Assembly (NCBI GenBank): GCA_964416505.1
Contig: CAYQEJ010000006.1
Coordinates: forward strand, 13,827 to 77,826
Source: an uncultured Gammaproteobacteria bacterium
GTDB taxonomy: Bacteria; Patescibacteriota; Microgenomatia; Levybacterales; UBA12049
DNA: 64,000 bases
Reading direction: 5' to 3'
The notes below the pieces were generated by a model. The model was not told the DNA's origin. It did not search any database and was given only the letters and a program-made list of their open reading frames with translations. A program made the translations under genes and the position numbers. Below are positions 9,486 to 18,998 of the stretch, one piece after another (position 1 is the first letter of the stretch; each line of letters opens with the position of its first letter).

Positions 9486-10118
9486 TCAATTACTTAACTT
9501 AATATTTCGAATTAGTGTAGTTGTTCTTCCAAATTTATTTTCTACCTGAAAATTTATAGCGGTTGTTCCCGGAAACAATGTTACCGTTTTTTTAAAACTT
9601 CCATCGGGATTTATAGTAACCTGCTCATTCTCCACCATCAAAATTCCATTTGGATCTGTTTTTCCGCTCACCTCGATAGTTAAATTCTTTACTGCTTCAT
9701 TTTCTTTGGGAGAATCAACTTTTAATCCAGGGTTCAGAATAGCAGATCTATATTGGAATACCAAAAACAAAGTAATAAGTAAGAATATTAACCCAATTAA
9801 AACTGCACTTCTCCCAATTTTAAATCTTGGCAAAACTCTTTCGGATTGAGTCAGACCTCGCGGTAAAACTTCAATATTTTTCTTTTCATCAAATTCACGT
9901 CTAAAAATTGCTAGACTCTTTTCTACCGGAAGACCCAAAAACTTGGCATAATTTCTAACAAATCCGTATGCATAAGATGGACCAGGAAGTTTTTTATATT
10001 CACCTTTTTCAATAGCTTGTAGAAAATCCGCTCTTATCTTTGTAGCCTTAGAAACCTCTTCTATTGTAAGGTTTTTTATTCTTCGCTCCTCCTGAAACTG
10101 GACCCCAATTCTAATCAT
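9486..10118 (-). CDS. rodZ: RodZ-like cytoskeletal protein (HTH + TM + C-terminal domain)
   Basis: N-terminal Xre-type HTH (LTIEEVSKATKIRADFLQAIEKGEY), a mid TM helix and a C-terminal beta-rich domain. Confidence 0.6.
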   Translation of the reverse strand: MIRIGVQFQEERRIKNLTIEEVSKATKIRADFLQAIEKGEYKKLPGPSYAYGFVRNYAKFLGLPVEKSLAIFRREFDEKKNIEVLPRGLTQSERVLPRFKIGRSAVLIGLIFLLITLFLVFQYRSAILNPGLKVDSPKENEAVKNLTIEVSGKTDPNGILMVENEQVTINPDGSFKKTVTLFPGTTAINFQVENKFGRTTTLIRNIKLSN

Positions 10119-10122
10119 AATT

Positions 10123-12219
10123 CTACTGCGCCTGAGGTTCTCCTAAGATTTGTGAAGGATCTTTTATTAAAACATCTCTTGGCTTACTTCCCTCAGCTCG
10201 ACCCACAATTCCTGCTGCTTCTAATTGATCCAGAATTCTTGCCGCACGAGAATATCCAATAGAAAGCCTTCTCTGGAGAAGCGAGGCCGAAGCTTTATCA
10301 TATTCACAAATAACTCTAACTGCTTCAGCAAATACCGGATCTTTCCCATCAGCTCCCGAAGTTCCAACCCCCGCTCCTTTAGGAGTATAAGGTGTTGAAA
10401 TAATTTCTTCAGTGTATTCAACTGCTGGAGACTTGGATTTAAGAAACTCAACTAATTTTTTAACTTCTTTTTCGGAAACAAAAGCCCCTTGAATACGAGA
10501 TGGTTTCGCCTGATCCGGAGGTATATAAAGCATATCTCCACGACCTAAAAGCTTTTCTGCTCCAGGTCCATCTATTATAACTCTGGAATCAATCATAGAA
10601 GAAACATTGAAAGCAATACGAGCTGGAATATTTGCTTTAATTAGTCCGGTAATAACATCAACCGATGGTCTCTGAGTAGCAACAACTAAATGTATTCCTG
10701 TAGCACGAGCCATTTGAGCCAGACGAGCAATCGTATCCTCGACTTCAACTGGTGCAAACATCATAAGATCAGCCAACTCATCAATAAAAATTATTATATA
10801 AGGAAGCGCTTGAAAACCAGCCAGCTCATTATATCCATCAATATTTCGGACACCACGCTCAGCAAAAGTCTTATATCTTCTATCCATTTCATTTGTTGCC
10901 CATTTAAGCGCTGAGAGAATCTTTTCCACATCTACAATCACTGGCACCATGAGATGCGGGATTCCATTGTAACTAGTAAGTTCTACTCTCTTAGGATCAA
11001 TTAAAATAAGCTTTACCTCTTCAGGTGAAGCCCTAAAAAGAAGGGAAGTGATAAATGAATTTACAAGAACAGATTTTCCCGAGCCAGTGGTTCCAGCAAC
11101 CAATACGTGAGGCATTTTTCCAATATCTGCAATCACAGGATTTCCTGAAACATCAAGCCCTAGGGAAACAGCTAATTTAGATTTTGCTTTCCTCATCACT
11201 TCTGAAGAAAGCATGGTTCTCAATGTTACGACTTCAAGGGATTTGTTTGGAATCTCAATTCCCACAAGATTTCTTCCTGGAATTGGAGCTTCAATTCTAA
11301 TTTGTCCCGTAGGTGCCTGTGTATTTAATGCTAAATCATTTGCCAAAGAGGTAATCTTGGAAACTTTTGTTCCCAATGCAATCTCTAAAGCATACTGTGT
11401 TACCGCTGGACCTAGATTTACCTCTACAACCTTTGCAGTTATTCCAAAACTTTGAAGTGTTCGCTCAATTACCGCTGCAGTTTCCTTAACGTCTCCTCTA
11501 TCTGCTTTTCCTCCTTCACCATCATTTAGAAGATCAAGAGGTGGATATTCCCAAATAAGTCCCGACGAGAGCGTATTTGAGACAAGCTTTTCCGTAATAA
11601 GAGAATCGTCTTTTTTAACAGTATTTGAAACAATTGCGGGTCCATTTTTATTAAAAGATGAATCTTTTATGGTCATCTGCTTGCTAAGAAGAGGATCTTT
11701 TTGTTTTTTAAACATAGCTGTGGGAACCATTTTTCCGCTTGTCTTTTTAAAAGCTCCCAATCCCTTAAGAATCTCATCCACTGAAGTATCAAAAAGAACG
11801 ATTGCTCCAATAAAAATACCAGCTAAAAATACCAAAAGAGTTCCAATAGGGGTAATAACGTCAGAAATGTTTGCAAACATTAGCTGTCCAATATATCCAG
11901 ATCTAAAAAGAACAACAGCTGAACCATAAAGAATTAAAAAACCAATCGCTACGTTTGGCTTAGACAAAGCAAGTTTTGTTTTAAAAAACAGAAACCCGAA
12001 CAAAATCAAAACAAAACCTAGAAAAAATGAAAACGGACCAAAATACTCTCTTATGAAAGTATTTATATAAATAAAAGTATCTCCTGAATTTGTAAAAGAT
12101 AGAAACAGCAAAAGCCCTGTTACGATTTGTCCTAGAGCGAAAATAGTATAAATGGTTTTAGTCTTAAGCTTTAGCTTGAATTTACCACGCTTTCCATAAG
12201 ACCCTCTTTTTCTGGCCAT
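10123..12219 (-). CDS. ftsK: DNA translocase FtsK/SpoIIIE
   Basis: N-terminal polytopic membrane domain, linker, and motor domain with Walker A HVLVAGTTGSGKSV and the FtsK gamma-like C-terminus. Confidence 0.9.
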   Translation of the reverse strand: MARKRGSYGKRGKFKLKLKTKTIYTIFALGQIVTGLLLFLSFTNSGDTFIYINTFIREYFGPFSFFLGFVLILFGFLFFKTKLALSKPNVAIGFLILYGSAVVLFRSGYIGQLMFANISDVITPIGTLLVFLAGIFIGAIVLFDTSVDEILKGLGAFKKTSGKMVPTAMFKKQKDPLLSKQMTIKDSSFNKNGPAIVSNTVKKDDSLITEKLVSNTLSSGLIWEYPPLDLLNDGEGGKADRGDVKETAAVIERTLQSFGITAKVVEVNLGPAVTQYALEIALGTKVSKITSLANDLALNTQAPTGQIRIEAPIPGRNLVGIEIPNKSLEVVTLRTMLSSEVMRKAKSKLAVSLGLDVSGNPVIADIGKMPHVLVAGTTGSGKSVLVNSFITSLLFRASPEEVKLILIDPKRVELTSYNGIPHLMVPVIVDVEKILSALKWATNEMDRRYKTFAERGVRNIDGYNELAGFQALPYIIIFIDELADLMMFAPVEVEDTIARLAQMARATGIHLVVATQRPSVDVITGLIKANIPARIAFNVSSMIDSRVIIDGPGAEKLLGRGDMLYIPPDQAKPSRIQGAFVSEKEVKKLVEFLKSKSPAVEYTEEIISTPYTPKGAGVGTSGADGKDPVFAEAVRVICEYDKASASLLQRRLSIGYSRAARILDQLEAAGIVGRAEGSKPRDVLIKDPSQILGEPQAQ

Positions 12220-12266
12220 ATTTAATCTATTATAACGATACTATTCAAGTCTGGCAAACCTGATTC

Positions 12267-12488
12267 CTAGAAGGTTACTATATCAATTTGTGGAGTATTG
12301 TGAAATTTCACTATTAAGGATTCTTTTTGCGAAGTCCTTTCTCCTACGGGGACATAATAAGATTTAGCATCCAATCTATATGAAGGCCTTCCGCTTGGAC
12401 CTTCTATCCAACCGCTACTTGCAAATGGATTTCTAATATTTGGCTTCTCTACTTTTCTTGGTTTAAATGCTGGACTCTCAATTACCAT
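12267..12488 (-). CDS. hypothetical small protein (73 aa)
   Basis: ORF only. No recognisable motif. Lies upstream of ftsK on the same strand. Confidence 0.3.
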   Translation of the reverse strand: MVIESPAFKPRKVEKPNIRNPFASSGWIEGPSGRPSYRLDAKSYYVPVGERTSQKESLIVKFHNTPQIDIVTF

Positions 12489-12605
12489 GATCCAATAATA
12501 TAATTAAATCTTAAGGCTAGCTTGATTTTATTTGCATTTTTTTCTGACTACTTCCTGACATAAATTATGTTTGCTAATAATTAAATAAACCTTTAAAATG
12601 TCACC

Positions 12606-13898
12606 ATGAATCCAGATGTAATTGAAAAAACATACCCAATCGAGTTCCGAGAAGAAGAGGCAAAAATTTTAGGCGAACATATAAAAAGCAGAAGATCTGT
12701 AGTTTTAATGGGTATGAAGAGAGTTGGAATTAGCAACTTCTTAAGGTTTTTTCTCTATCATGAAGACATAAATAAGAAATATTTGGATGAAAAAAATTAT
12801 TTTATAATTCCAGTTGATTTAAATGATTTAGTTGAAAGAGAAATATATCCATTTTGGGTTTTAACTTTTAAAAGATTAGCTGACGCTGTCGAAAAATCCG
12901 ATCTGTCTGAAGAAATAAAAAAACAAATTGATTTTTATTTCTCAGATAGCATTCAATCTCAAGATTTATTTCTAACAATTGACTACTTAAGAAAAAGCCT
13001 AGTTTATCTTTCTGATAACAATTATCTTCCTACGATATTTTTCCTTCGCTTCGATAGAATGAAGGATGCACTAACCCATGATCTTTTCGCTAATATACAA
13101 GGACTTTTAGATGCTACACACAACAGACTATCTTATGTTATTACGAGCGCCAGAAGCCTTGATCACTTAGAACCAAATATTTTTACTCGACAATCGATGT
13201 TGGTTTTTTCTGATAATGTTTATGTAAAACCAGCCCAAAGAAAAGACACATTAATAATATTTGAATCAAGTCTTAAAAAATACAATTTGGAATTAGATGA
13301 GAACTTAGTCGGCGAACTTTTAAAGTTGGTTGATGGACATACTCAGTACCTTTTGTATGCATTAATTTCAATTAAAGAATATGGAGAAAAAATTAAACCC
13401 AGTGAACTCTTTGAATTTTTAAAAAATGATGAACGTATTTCTCTGCAATCAGAAGAATTATGGGAAAGTTTAAACGGGGGAGAGCAAGAAGTTTTAATTA
13501 AAATCGCGTCTAAAGAAAAAGTTGAAGAAAATGAGTTAAAGGAAAACGATTATCTAATAAATGCTGGATTTATAGATCCTAAAAGCTTAAAAATATTTAA
13601 TCCTATCTTTGATTTCTTTGTAAAAACAAAATCCCATGATAAGAAAAAATTAAAAACAGCGTCAGAATTTTCTAAAAAAGAAAATCTGCTTCTGAAATAT
13701 CTTGAAACAAACAAAAATGAGATTTGTGAAAGAGAAGAAATAATAGAAAACGTTTGGCCCGAAGCAGAAAGCCTGGGAGTAACAGACTGGGCAATAGATA
13801 GATTAGTAGCTCGTGTTAGAAATAAACTTAAAGATAATGATAAAAATTATGAAATTGTTACCATTAAAACAAGAGGCTACAAACTAATAGATAGGTAG
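12606..13898 (+). CDS. putative transcriptional regulator: degenerate Arch_ATPase-like NTPase domain + C-terminal OmpR/PhoB-type winged helix
   Basis: N-terminus SVVLMGMKRVGISNFLRFF resembles the P-loop of the archaeal/bacterial ATPase family (G.RRVGKTSLL) but has GIS instead of GKT. The C-terminal 100 aa match the trans_reg_C fold (REEIIENVWPE...DRLVARVRNKL...IKTRGYKLI). Confidence 0.55.
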   Translation: MNPDVIEKTYPIEFREEEAKILGEHIKSRRSVVLMGMKRVGISNFLRFFLYHEDINKKYLDEKNYFIIPVDLNDLVEREIYPFWVLTFKRLADAVEKSDLSEEIKKQIDFYFSDSIQSQDLFLTIDYLRKSLVYLSDNNYLPTIFFLRFDRMKDALTHDLFANIQGLLDATHNRLSYVITSARSLDHLEPNIFTRQSMLVFSDNVYVKPAQRKDTLIIFESSLKKYNLELDENLVGELLKLVDGHTQYLLYALISIKEYGEKIKPSELFEFLKNDERISLQSEELWESLNGGEQEVLIKIASKEKVEENELKENDYLINAGFIDPKSLKIFNPIFDFFVKTKSHDKKKLKTASEFSKKENLLLKYLETNKNEICEREEIIENVWPEAESLGVTDWAIDRLVARVRNKLKDNDKNYEIVTIKTRGYKLIDR

Positions 13899-13916
13899 TT
13901 TTTATCTGTATTTATA

Positions 13917-14516
13917 ATGGAAGAAGCACTTAGGCATTTTAAAAAAGTAGATCCAAAGCTGTATAAAACTGCACTCATCATAAAACTTTCCGATCATCCA
14001 AAAACTGAAGATTACTTTATAAGCTTAATAGAATCAATCATTTCACAACAATTATCGATAAAAGCATCAGGCACTATTTTTAATAGATTTAAAAAATTAT
14101 TTCCTAAAGAAAAAATTACTCCGGAAAAAATTCTTAAGATTTCTGATCAAAAAATAAGAGAATGTGGAATTTCCTATAGCAAAATAAAATACATAAAAGG
14201 AATTGCACAAGCCGTAATAAACAAGGAGATAAATTTTCAGAAACTTGATTATCTAAAGGATGAAGAAATCATAAATGAATTAATAAAATTAAAGGGAGTA
14301 GGAAAATGGACAGCAGAAATGTTTTTAATGTTCACTTTGGGAAGAAAAGATGTTTTTTCTGCAGGAGATTTAGGACTTAAAAACGCAATGATAAAAATTT
14401 ATAATTTAGAAAAACCTACTCAAGAAGAACTTTTATCAATTAGTGAAAAATGGTCTCCCCACAGAACAATTGCGTCTAGAATTCTTTGGAAAAGTCTTGA
14501 GAAAAAAGCTAGCTGA
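13917..14516 (+). CDS. HhH-GPD DNA glycosylase (AlkA/3-methyladenine glycosylase II-like)
   Basis: Helix-hairpin-helix GPD motif (LIKLKGVGKWTAEMFLMFTLGRKDVFSAGDLGL). Confidence 0.7.
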   Translation: MEEALRHFKKVDPKLYKTALIIKLSDHPKTEDYFISLIESIISQQLSIKASGTIFNRFKKLFPKEKITPEKILKISDQKIRECGISYSKIKYIKGIAQAVINKEINFQKLDYLKDEEIINELIKLKGVGKWTAEMFLMFTLGRKDVFSAGDLGLKNAMIKIYNLEKPTQEELLSISEKWSPHRTIASRILWKSLEKKAS

Positions 14517-15186
14517 TTATTTCCCAAAGATTAAGATCCCCATCCTTTAAAGGAACCTCTCCGAGCCATGCCTTAACTATATATTCAGCTACAACTTCCG
14601 GTTCAATTCCAGACTGAAAATTCCACATTTCAGTTTTTACCGCACCGGGAGAAACTGTAAATATTTTTAATTCTGGGTATTCAAGAGCCAAACTCTTCGT
14701 AAATCCTACAACCCCAAACTTCGTCGCACAATATGTTGCTCGACCGGGGTAAGGAAGGTGTCCAGCTCTAGATGCAACATTTATAATTCCTTCTTTAATC
14801 TGCGCAAATGCAGTAGAGGTCATTTTTATCATTCCTTCTAAATTGGTTCTCAATTGCTTTTCTATTTCTACTAATGTTTCGTGCTCAAATTTTTCCCATC
14901 CAATTACTCCTGCATTGTTTATGAGAATATCTATATGCCCGAATTTCTCTTCAACATTTTTTATGCATTCCTGGATACTTTGATCATCAGTAATATCTAA
15001 GTTAACAATTAAGCTATCTATGGCACCTAATTTTTTACACTCGGCTTCCACGCTGTCCGCTGACTGCTTATCGCTATTATATGTAATGATAACTTTTGCT
15101 TTTTGTCTAGAAAAAGCATATGCAATTTGCTCTCCGATCCCCTTACTTGACCCTGTTATTAAGACAATTTTATTTTCCAAATTCAT
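14509..15186 (-). CDS. short-chain dehydrogenase/reductase (SDR)
   Basis: TGSSKGIG cofactor-binding motif, NNAG, and the YxxxK catalytic motif (YCATK). Confidence 0.8.
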   Translation of the reverse strand: MNLENKIVLITGSSKGIGEQIAYAFSRQKAKVIITYNSDKQSADSVEAECKKLGAIDSLIVNLDITDDQSIQECIKNVEEKFGHIDILINNAGVIGWEKFEHETLVEIEKQLRTNLEGMIKMTSTAFAQIKEGIINVASRAGHLPYPGRATYCATKFGVVGFTKSLALEYPELKIFTVSPGAVKTEMWNFQSGIEPEVVAEYIVKAWLGEVPLKDGDLNLWEIIS

Positions 15187-15235
15187 AATCTCTATTTATC
15201 TTAGCCTTTATTTAAAAAAATGCAATCTACCTAAC

Positions 15236-15264
15236 TTGACTTTTATTTTTTATAAATCTAGAAT
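15236..15264 (+). promoter_or_regulatory. candidate sigma70-like promoter (TTGACT-17-TAGAAT) directly upstream of the 15271 ORF
   Basis: TTGACT at 15236-15241, a 17-nt AT spacer, then TAGAAT at 15259-15264. The ATG at 15271 would be nearly leaderless. Promoter calls are weak in an AT-rich genome. Confidence 0.25.
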
Positions 15265-15270
15265 AGCCGT

Positions 15271-15936
15271 ATGAGAAATAAACAGGCTATTATAGGAATA
15301 ATAGCAGCCTTTGTTATTCTTTTTGGAGCAATCGGAGTCTTCGCACTTAATCGAACAAAAATCCCAGAACCCAATTCCACAATTAATACAGCAACTAAAG
15401 AAACGAAAAATCCCGCGAGCACTCTTGCTAGCATAATCGGATCTGGGAAAACACAGAAATGTTCATTTTCTTCGAAAAATGAATCTAGTCAGACTAAAGG
15501 AACTGCATATCTTAGCGGAAAAAAATTAAGAACAGATTTAAGTACCCAAGTTAATGGGAAAACTTCAATGGTTTATGTAATCAGAAATGGTGACGAAAAT
15601 TATATTTGGGGAACAGAATTTCCCAACAATACCGGTATGAAAATAACAATGTCTATGGATGAAATGATGGGAAAATCAGATACTTCTAATGAAGCTCAAA
15701 AATATTTTGATGCCAATATGGATGTCGATTATAAATGCGAGAACTGGAATGTAGACGAAAAAATTCTTACTCCTCCAACAAATATAAAATTTCAGGATCT
15801 CTCTGAAATGATGCAGATGATGTTAAAAAATGTTTCAAAAACACCAACTTCCTCTACCGGATCAAATGAATGTTCAATATGTAATTCATTAACTGGAGAT
15901 GCAAAATCTGCTTGCCTGAAACAGTTTAAGTGTTAA
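15271..15936 (+). CDS. secreted/membrane-anchored hypothetical protein, Cys-containing
   Basis: N-terminal TM/signal segment (AIIGIIAAFVILFGAIGVFAL). Seven Cys in the C-terminal half, including a CSICNS...CLKQFKC tail. Confidence 0.5.
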   Translation: MRNKQAIIGIIAAFVILFGAIGVFALNRTKIPEPNSTINTATKETKNPASTLASIIGSGKTQKCSFSSKNESSQTKGTAYLSGKKLRTDLSTQVNGKTSMVYVIRNGDENYIWGTEFPNNTGMKITMSMDEMMGKSDTSNEAQKYFDANMDVDYKCENWNVDEKILTPPTNIKFQDLSEMMQMMLKNVSKTPTSSTGSNECSICNSLTGDAKSACLKQFKC

Positions 15937-15999
15937 CCTCTTACAATTCTTTTACATCATTTAAGCTTTAATTTAATTTTTTAAGCATAAAATTAAAAT

Positions 16000-16260
16000 A
16001 TGGTTAATCCAATATGGTTCATAATTTTAGCTGTGGGAATTGCTCTAATTACCCTCTCGCCAGCTCAAATCAGATTTGCTTTAGAAAATCCTTTGACAAC
16101 ACCAACAGTTTTTCTAAATCTAGCAATAATAGTTGCTTTTATTCTGACTTATTTTCACTATCGCGATAGAGCAAATAATAATGGTAAAGAATATAAATTA
16201 GTTGGCTCTAAAGGCGGGAAAGCGACCAAAGTAAAAAAGGGTACGAAGAAAAGGAAGTAG
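16000..16260 (+). CDS. small membrane protein with Lys-rich tail
   Basis: Two hydrophobic helices and the C-terminal tail KGGKATKVKKGTKKRK. Confidence 0.4.
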   Translation: MVNPIWFIILAVGIALITLSPAQIRFALENPLTTPTVFLNLAIIVAFILTYFHYRDRANNNGKEYKLVGSKGGKATKVKKGTKKRK

Positions 16261-16300
16261 TTTGACTAATTCTCAAAAATAATGTTAAGATATTTAGATC

Positions 16301-16777
16301 TTGAGAAAAGAACCACTTCTTTTACTCTTCGTGCTTATTTTTTTGGGTGGATTTTTATTGTTTTCCATTAACAGCAATAACAAAAATCTTATCTCAAATC
16401 CTCTTTTAAAAAATACTCCTTATCCTACTATCGAAACTGGAGGAAATACACAAAGCATTACGCTAGCTCCTTCTTCATCTAAGAATATTGAAGTTTTATC
16501 TCCTAGGTCCGGAGACAGAATTAAGTCAGGATTAGCTGTGAAAGGAAATGCACGAGTTTTTGAAAACGTTGTTTCAATTAGATTACTCGATTCCTTTGGA
16601 AATATTTTAATCGAAACAAACTCCATGGCAAATGCTCCGGATGTAGGTCAGTTTGGACCATTTGAAAAAGAAATTGAATTCAAGACTGATTCTAAAAATG
16701 GAATTTTAGAAGTATTTCAATATAGCGCAAAAGATGGATCAGAAATTGACAAAGTCAGGATCCCTGTTCTACTCTAG
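16301..16777 (+). CDS. secreted protein with Gmad2-type Ig-like domain
   Basis: Signal anchor, then LSPRSGDRIKSGLAVKGNARVFENVVSIRLLDSFGNIL...EFKTDSKNGILEV, typical of Gmad2 immunoglobulin-like domains. Confidence 0.5.
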   Translation: MRKEPLLLLFVLIFLGGFLLFSINSNNKNLISNPLLKNTPYPTIETGGNTQSITLAPSSSKNIEVLSPRSGDRIKSGLAVKGNARVFENVVSIRLLDSFGNILIETNSMANAPDVGQFGPFEKEIEFKTDSKNGILEVFQYSAKDGSEIDKVRIPVLL

Positions 16778-17291
16778 TAAATCTTTCTCTCCAATCCTCT
16801 CCCCACTGCGCAACTTCTTTTTTACTTGGCTCCCATCTATCAAACTCTATAACTGACCCGAAACCTTTTAAAACATGCTGCACAGTCATTCGTGAAACCA
16901 GATTATTCACACTTGATCTAATCAAAAAGGGCTTTTGTCTCATATCATCTGGGTAATTTCTATCAATATAAATTCCAATAGCTAAATCCAAGCTATTCAT
17001 TGCTGCTTGATATGGATTGTCCACTCCCAATCTTCTGTGATGGTAAAAAATTAAGGGATGCACTATTCCTCTCTGATTGAAAAAACTTAAATCACCAGCT
17101 TGAGACAATTCGTCTCTAGCTTGCCTTTGCGCTAGATACATTCGAAGCATTTCTTGATCTACTCCAATAAGTCCTGCCGATGTTGCTACATTAAATTTCC
17201 TATCAAGCGCTGCTGCATCTTTTAAAAATAAATTTGCAAAACTTGGATCAAACCGAATTCCTTCAGGACGAATGTGTCTTGGTCTTTCCAT
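16755..17291 (-). CDS. hypothetical protein (178 aa), moderately GC-rich, unknown family
   Basis: Real-looking ORF with no signal peptide. His/Arg-rich core (FYHHRRLGVDNPYQAAMNSLDLAIGIYIDRNYPDD). Overlaps the upstream gene end convergently by 23 nt. Confidence 0.45.
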   Translation of the reverse strand: MERPRHIRPEGIRFDPSFANLFLKDAAALDRKFNVATSAGLIGVDQEMLRMYLAQRQARDELSQAGDLSFFNQRGIVHPLIFYHHRRLGVDNPYQAAMNSLDLAIGIYIDRNYPDDMRQKPFLIRSSVNNLVSRMTVQHVLKGFGSVIEFDRWEPSKKEVAQWGEDWRERFTRVEQGS

Positions 17292-17312
17292 AAAAAGAGG
17301 ATTATATAAAAG

Positions 17313-18968
17313 TTATACTTCTATAACAACGGGTAGAACTAGCGGACGACGCTTAAGCTGTTTTACTAAATATTTTTCAGCAATATTCCCCAGAGTTCTT
17401 CTAACATAATTCCAGTCTGTAATTTTTGAATTTTTTGGCTTTAAGTTTATTTTTATTTCAGTAGATAAACCATTTATCAATTCATTCACTTCGGCTCCAG
17501 AAAAACCTCTGACAATTATATTTGGTTTATCAACAAGCCCACCGAAAGTATCAATTTCAGCAAGCACTATTACTACTCCTTCTTTAGAAATTTTTTCTCT
17601 ATCTCTAAGAACAAAGGTATCAACCTCTTCTCCGGAAACTTGATCTACGTATACATTTTGAAGTGCAATTTTTTTACCAAGTCTTGCATCTGTTTTTGTA
17701 AATAAAACTTCTTGACCATCATCCGGTAGCAGTATATCTTTATCTAAAAATCCGTTTCGAAGTGCTAATGACTTATAAGCAATCATGTGCTTATATCCTC
17801 CACCTATAGGTAAAACCTTTTTGGGACGAACCAAACTCATCATTAAAGATAAATCTCCTTGGGGACCATGTCCAGAAACATGTAAGCCTTCAAAAACATC
17901 TGAATACAAAACTCTTGCTCCTAATTTTGCAATTTCATCAATCAACGCATTTATTGCTACTTCGTTTCCTGGGATCGGATCTGAAGAAAAAGCAACAGTA
18001 TCTTTATTATTAATTGTTATATCTCTATGATCTCCATTTGTAATTCTTGAAAGAGCTGATCCTTCCTGACCTTGGCTACCTGCAACTATTAAAACTATTT
18101 GTTTGTCATTGTAATTTTTTATCTCTTTTAAATCGATCTCCATATTTTTATCTATCTTCATATAACCAAGCCCTACTGCTATATCTTTTGCCTTAACCAA
18201 AGATCGGCCCACAAAACAAACTCTTCTATTTAAAGCTCTAGCTGCATCAAGCACCTGGTTAAGTCTTGATATATTTGAAGAGTAAGTAGTAAGAATAAAT
18301 TTTCCTGTGGTATTCCTCATTTCATCAAATATTTTTTTACCAATTTCTTTTTCACTTTTTGTAAATCCAGCTCTCTCTGCTCCTAAAGAATCTGACATTA
18401 GACACATAATTCCTTCATCTGATTTTCTAACAATCTTTGCAAAATCAGATTTCTTCCCATCATACGGTGTCATATCAAATTTAAAATCTGAACCGTGATA
18501 AATATTTCCAACAGGAGTTTTTATAAAAATGTTTGACGTATCTGGCACTGAATGAGTAACTCTGATAAACGACAATAGAAAATTTCCAATCAAAATTTCC
18601 TTATCAAAATTAACACTGATTGCTTTTTTATTAACTCCAAATTCTTTTAATTTTTCGTTTATAAAAGCTGCAGTTAACGGAGTTGCATAAACATCAAATT
18701 TTCCTTGAAGCTGCGGAAGAATGTAAGGAAGAGCACCAAGATGATCCTCGTGTCCGTGTGTAATTGCAATTCCTACGATTTTTTTATTTGGATTTTTTAA
18801 AAGATAAGAAATATCAGGAAGCATAAGATCTACGCCAATCATAGTTTCATCAGCAAATCCCAATCCACAATCCACAATCAAAATCTGATTGTTGTACTCA
18901 TAAAGGTGCATGTTTTTTGTGACTCCAGTAACACCACCAAGAGGTAAATATTTTAAAGTATTATCCAT
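17313..18968 (-). CDS. rnj: ribonuclease J (metallo-beta-lactamase/beta-CASP RNase)
   Basis: HxHxDH motif (AITHGHEDHLGALPYI), beta-CASP region and a C-terminal domain. About 550 aa. Confidence 0.9.
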   Translation of the reverse strand: MDNTLKYLPLGGVTGVTKNMHLYEYNNQILIVDCGLGFADETMIGVDLMLPDISYLLKNPNKKIVGIAITHGHEDHLGALPYILPQLQGKFDVYATPLTAAFINEKLKEFGVNKKAISVNFDKEILIGNFLLSFIRVTHSVPDTSNIFIKTPVGNIYHGSDFKFDMTPYDGKKSDFAKIVRKSDEGIMCLMSDSLGAERAGFTKSEKEIGKKIFDEMRNTTGKFILTTYSSNISRLNQVLDAARALNRRVCFVGRSLVKAKDIAVGLGYMKIDKNMEIDLKEIKNYNDKQIVLIVAGSQGQEGSALSRITNGDHRDITINNKDTVAFSSDPIPGNEVAINALIDEIAKLGARVLYSDVFEGLHVSGHGPQGDLSLMMSLVRPKKVLPIGGGYKHMIAYKSLALRNGFLDKDILLPDDGQEVLFTKTDARLGKKIALQNVYVDQVSGEEVDTFVLRDREKISKEGVVIVLAEIDTFGGLVDKPNIIVRGFSGAEVNELINGLSTEIKINLKPKNSKITDWNYVRRTLGNIAEKYLVKQLKRRPLVLPVVIEV

Positions 18969-18998
18969 TTATTTTAGTTTACCCAATAAAATTTATTT

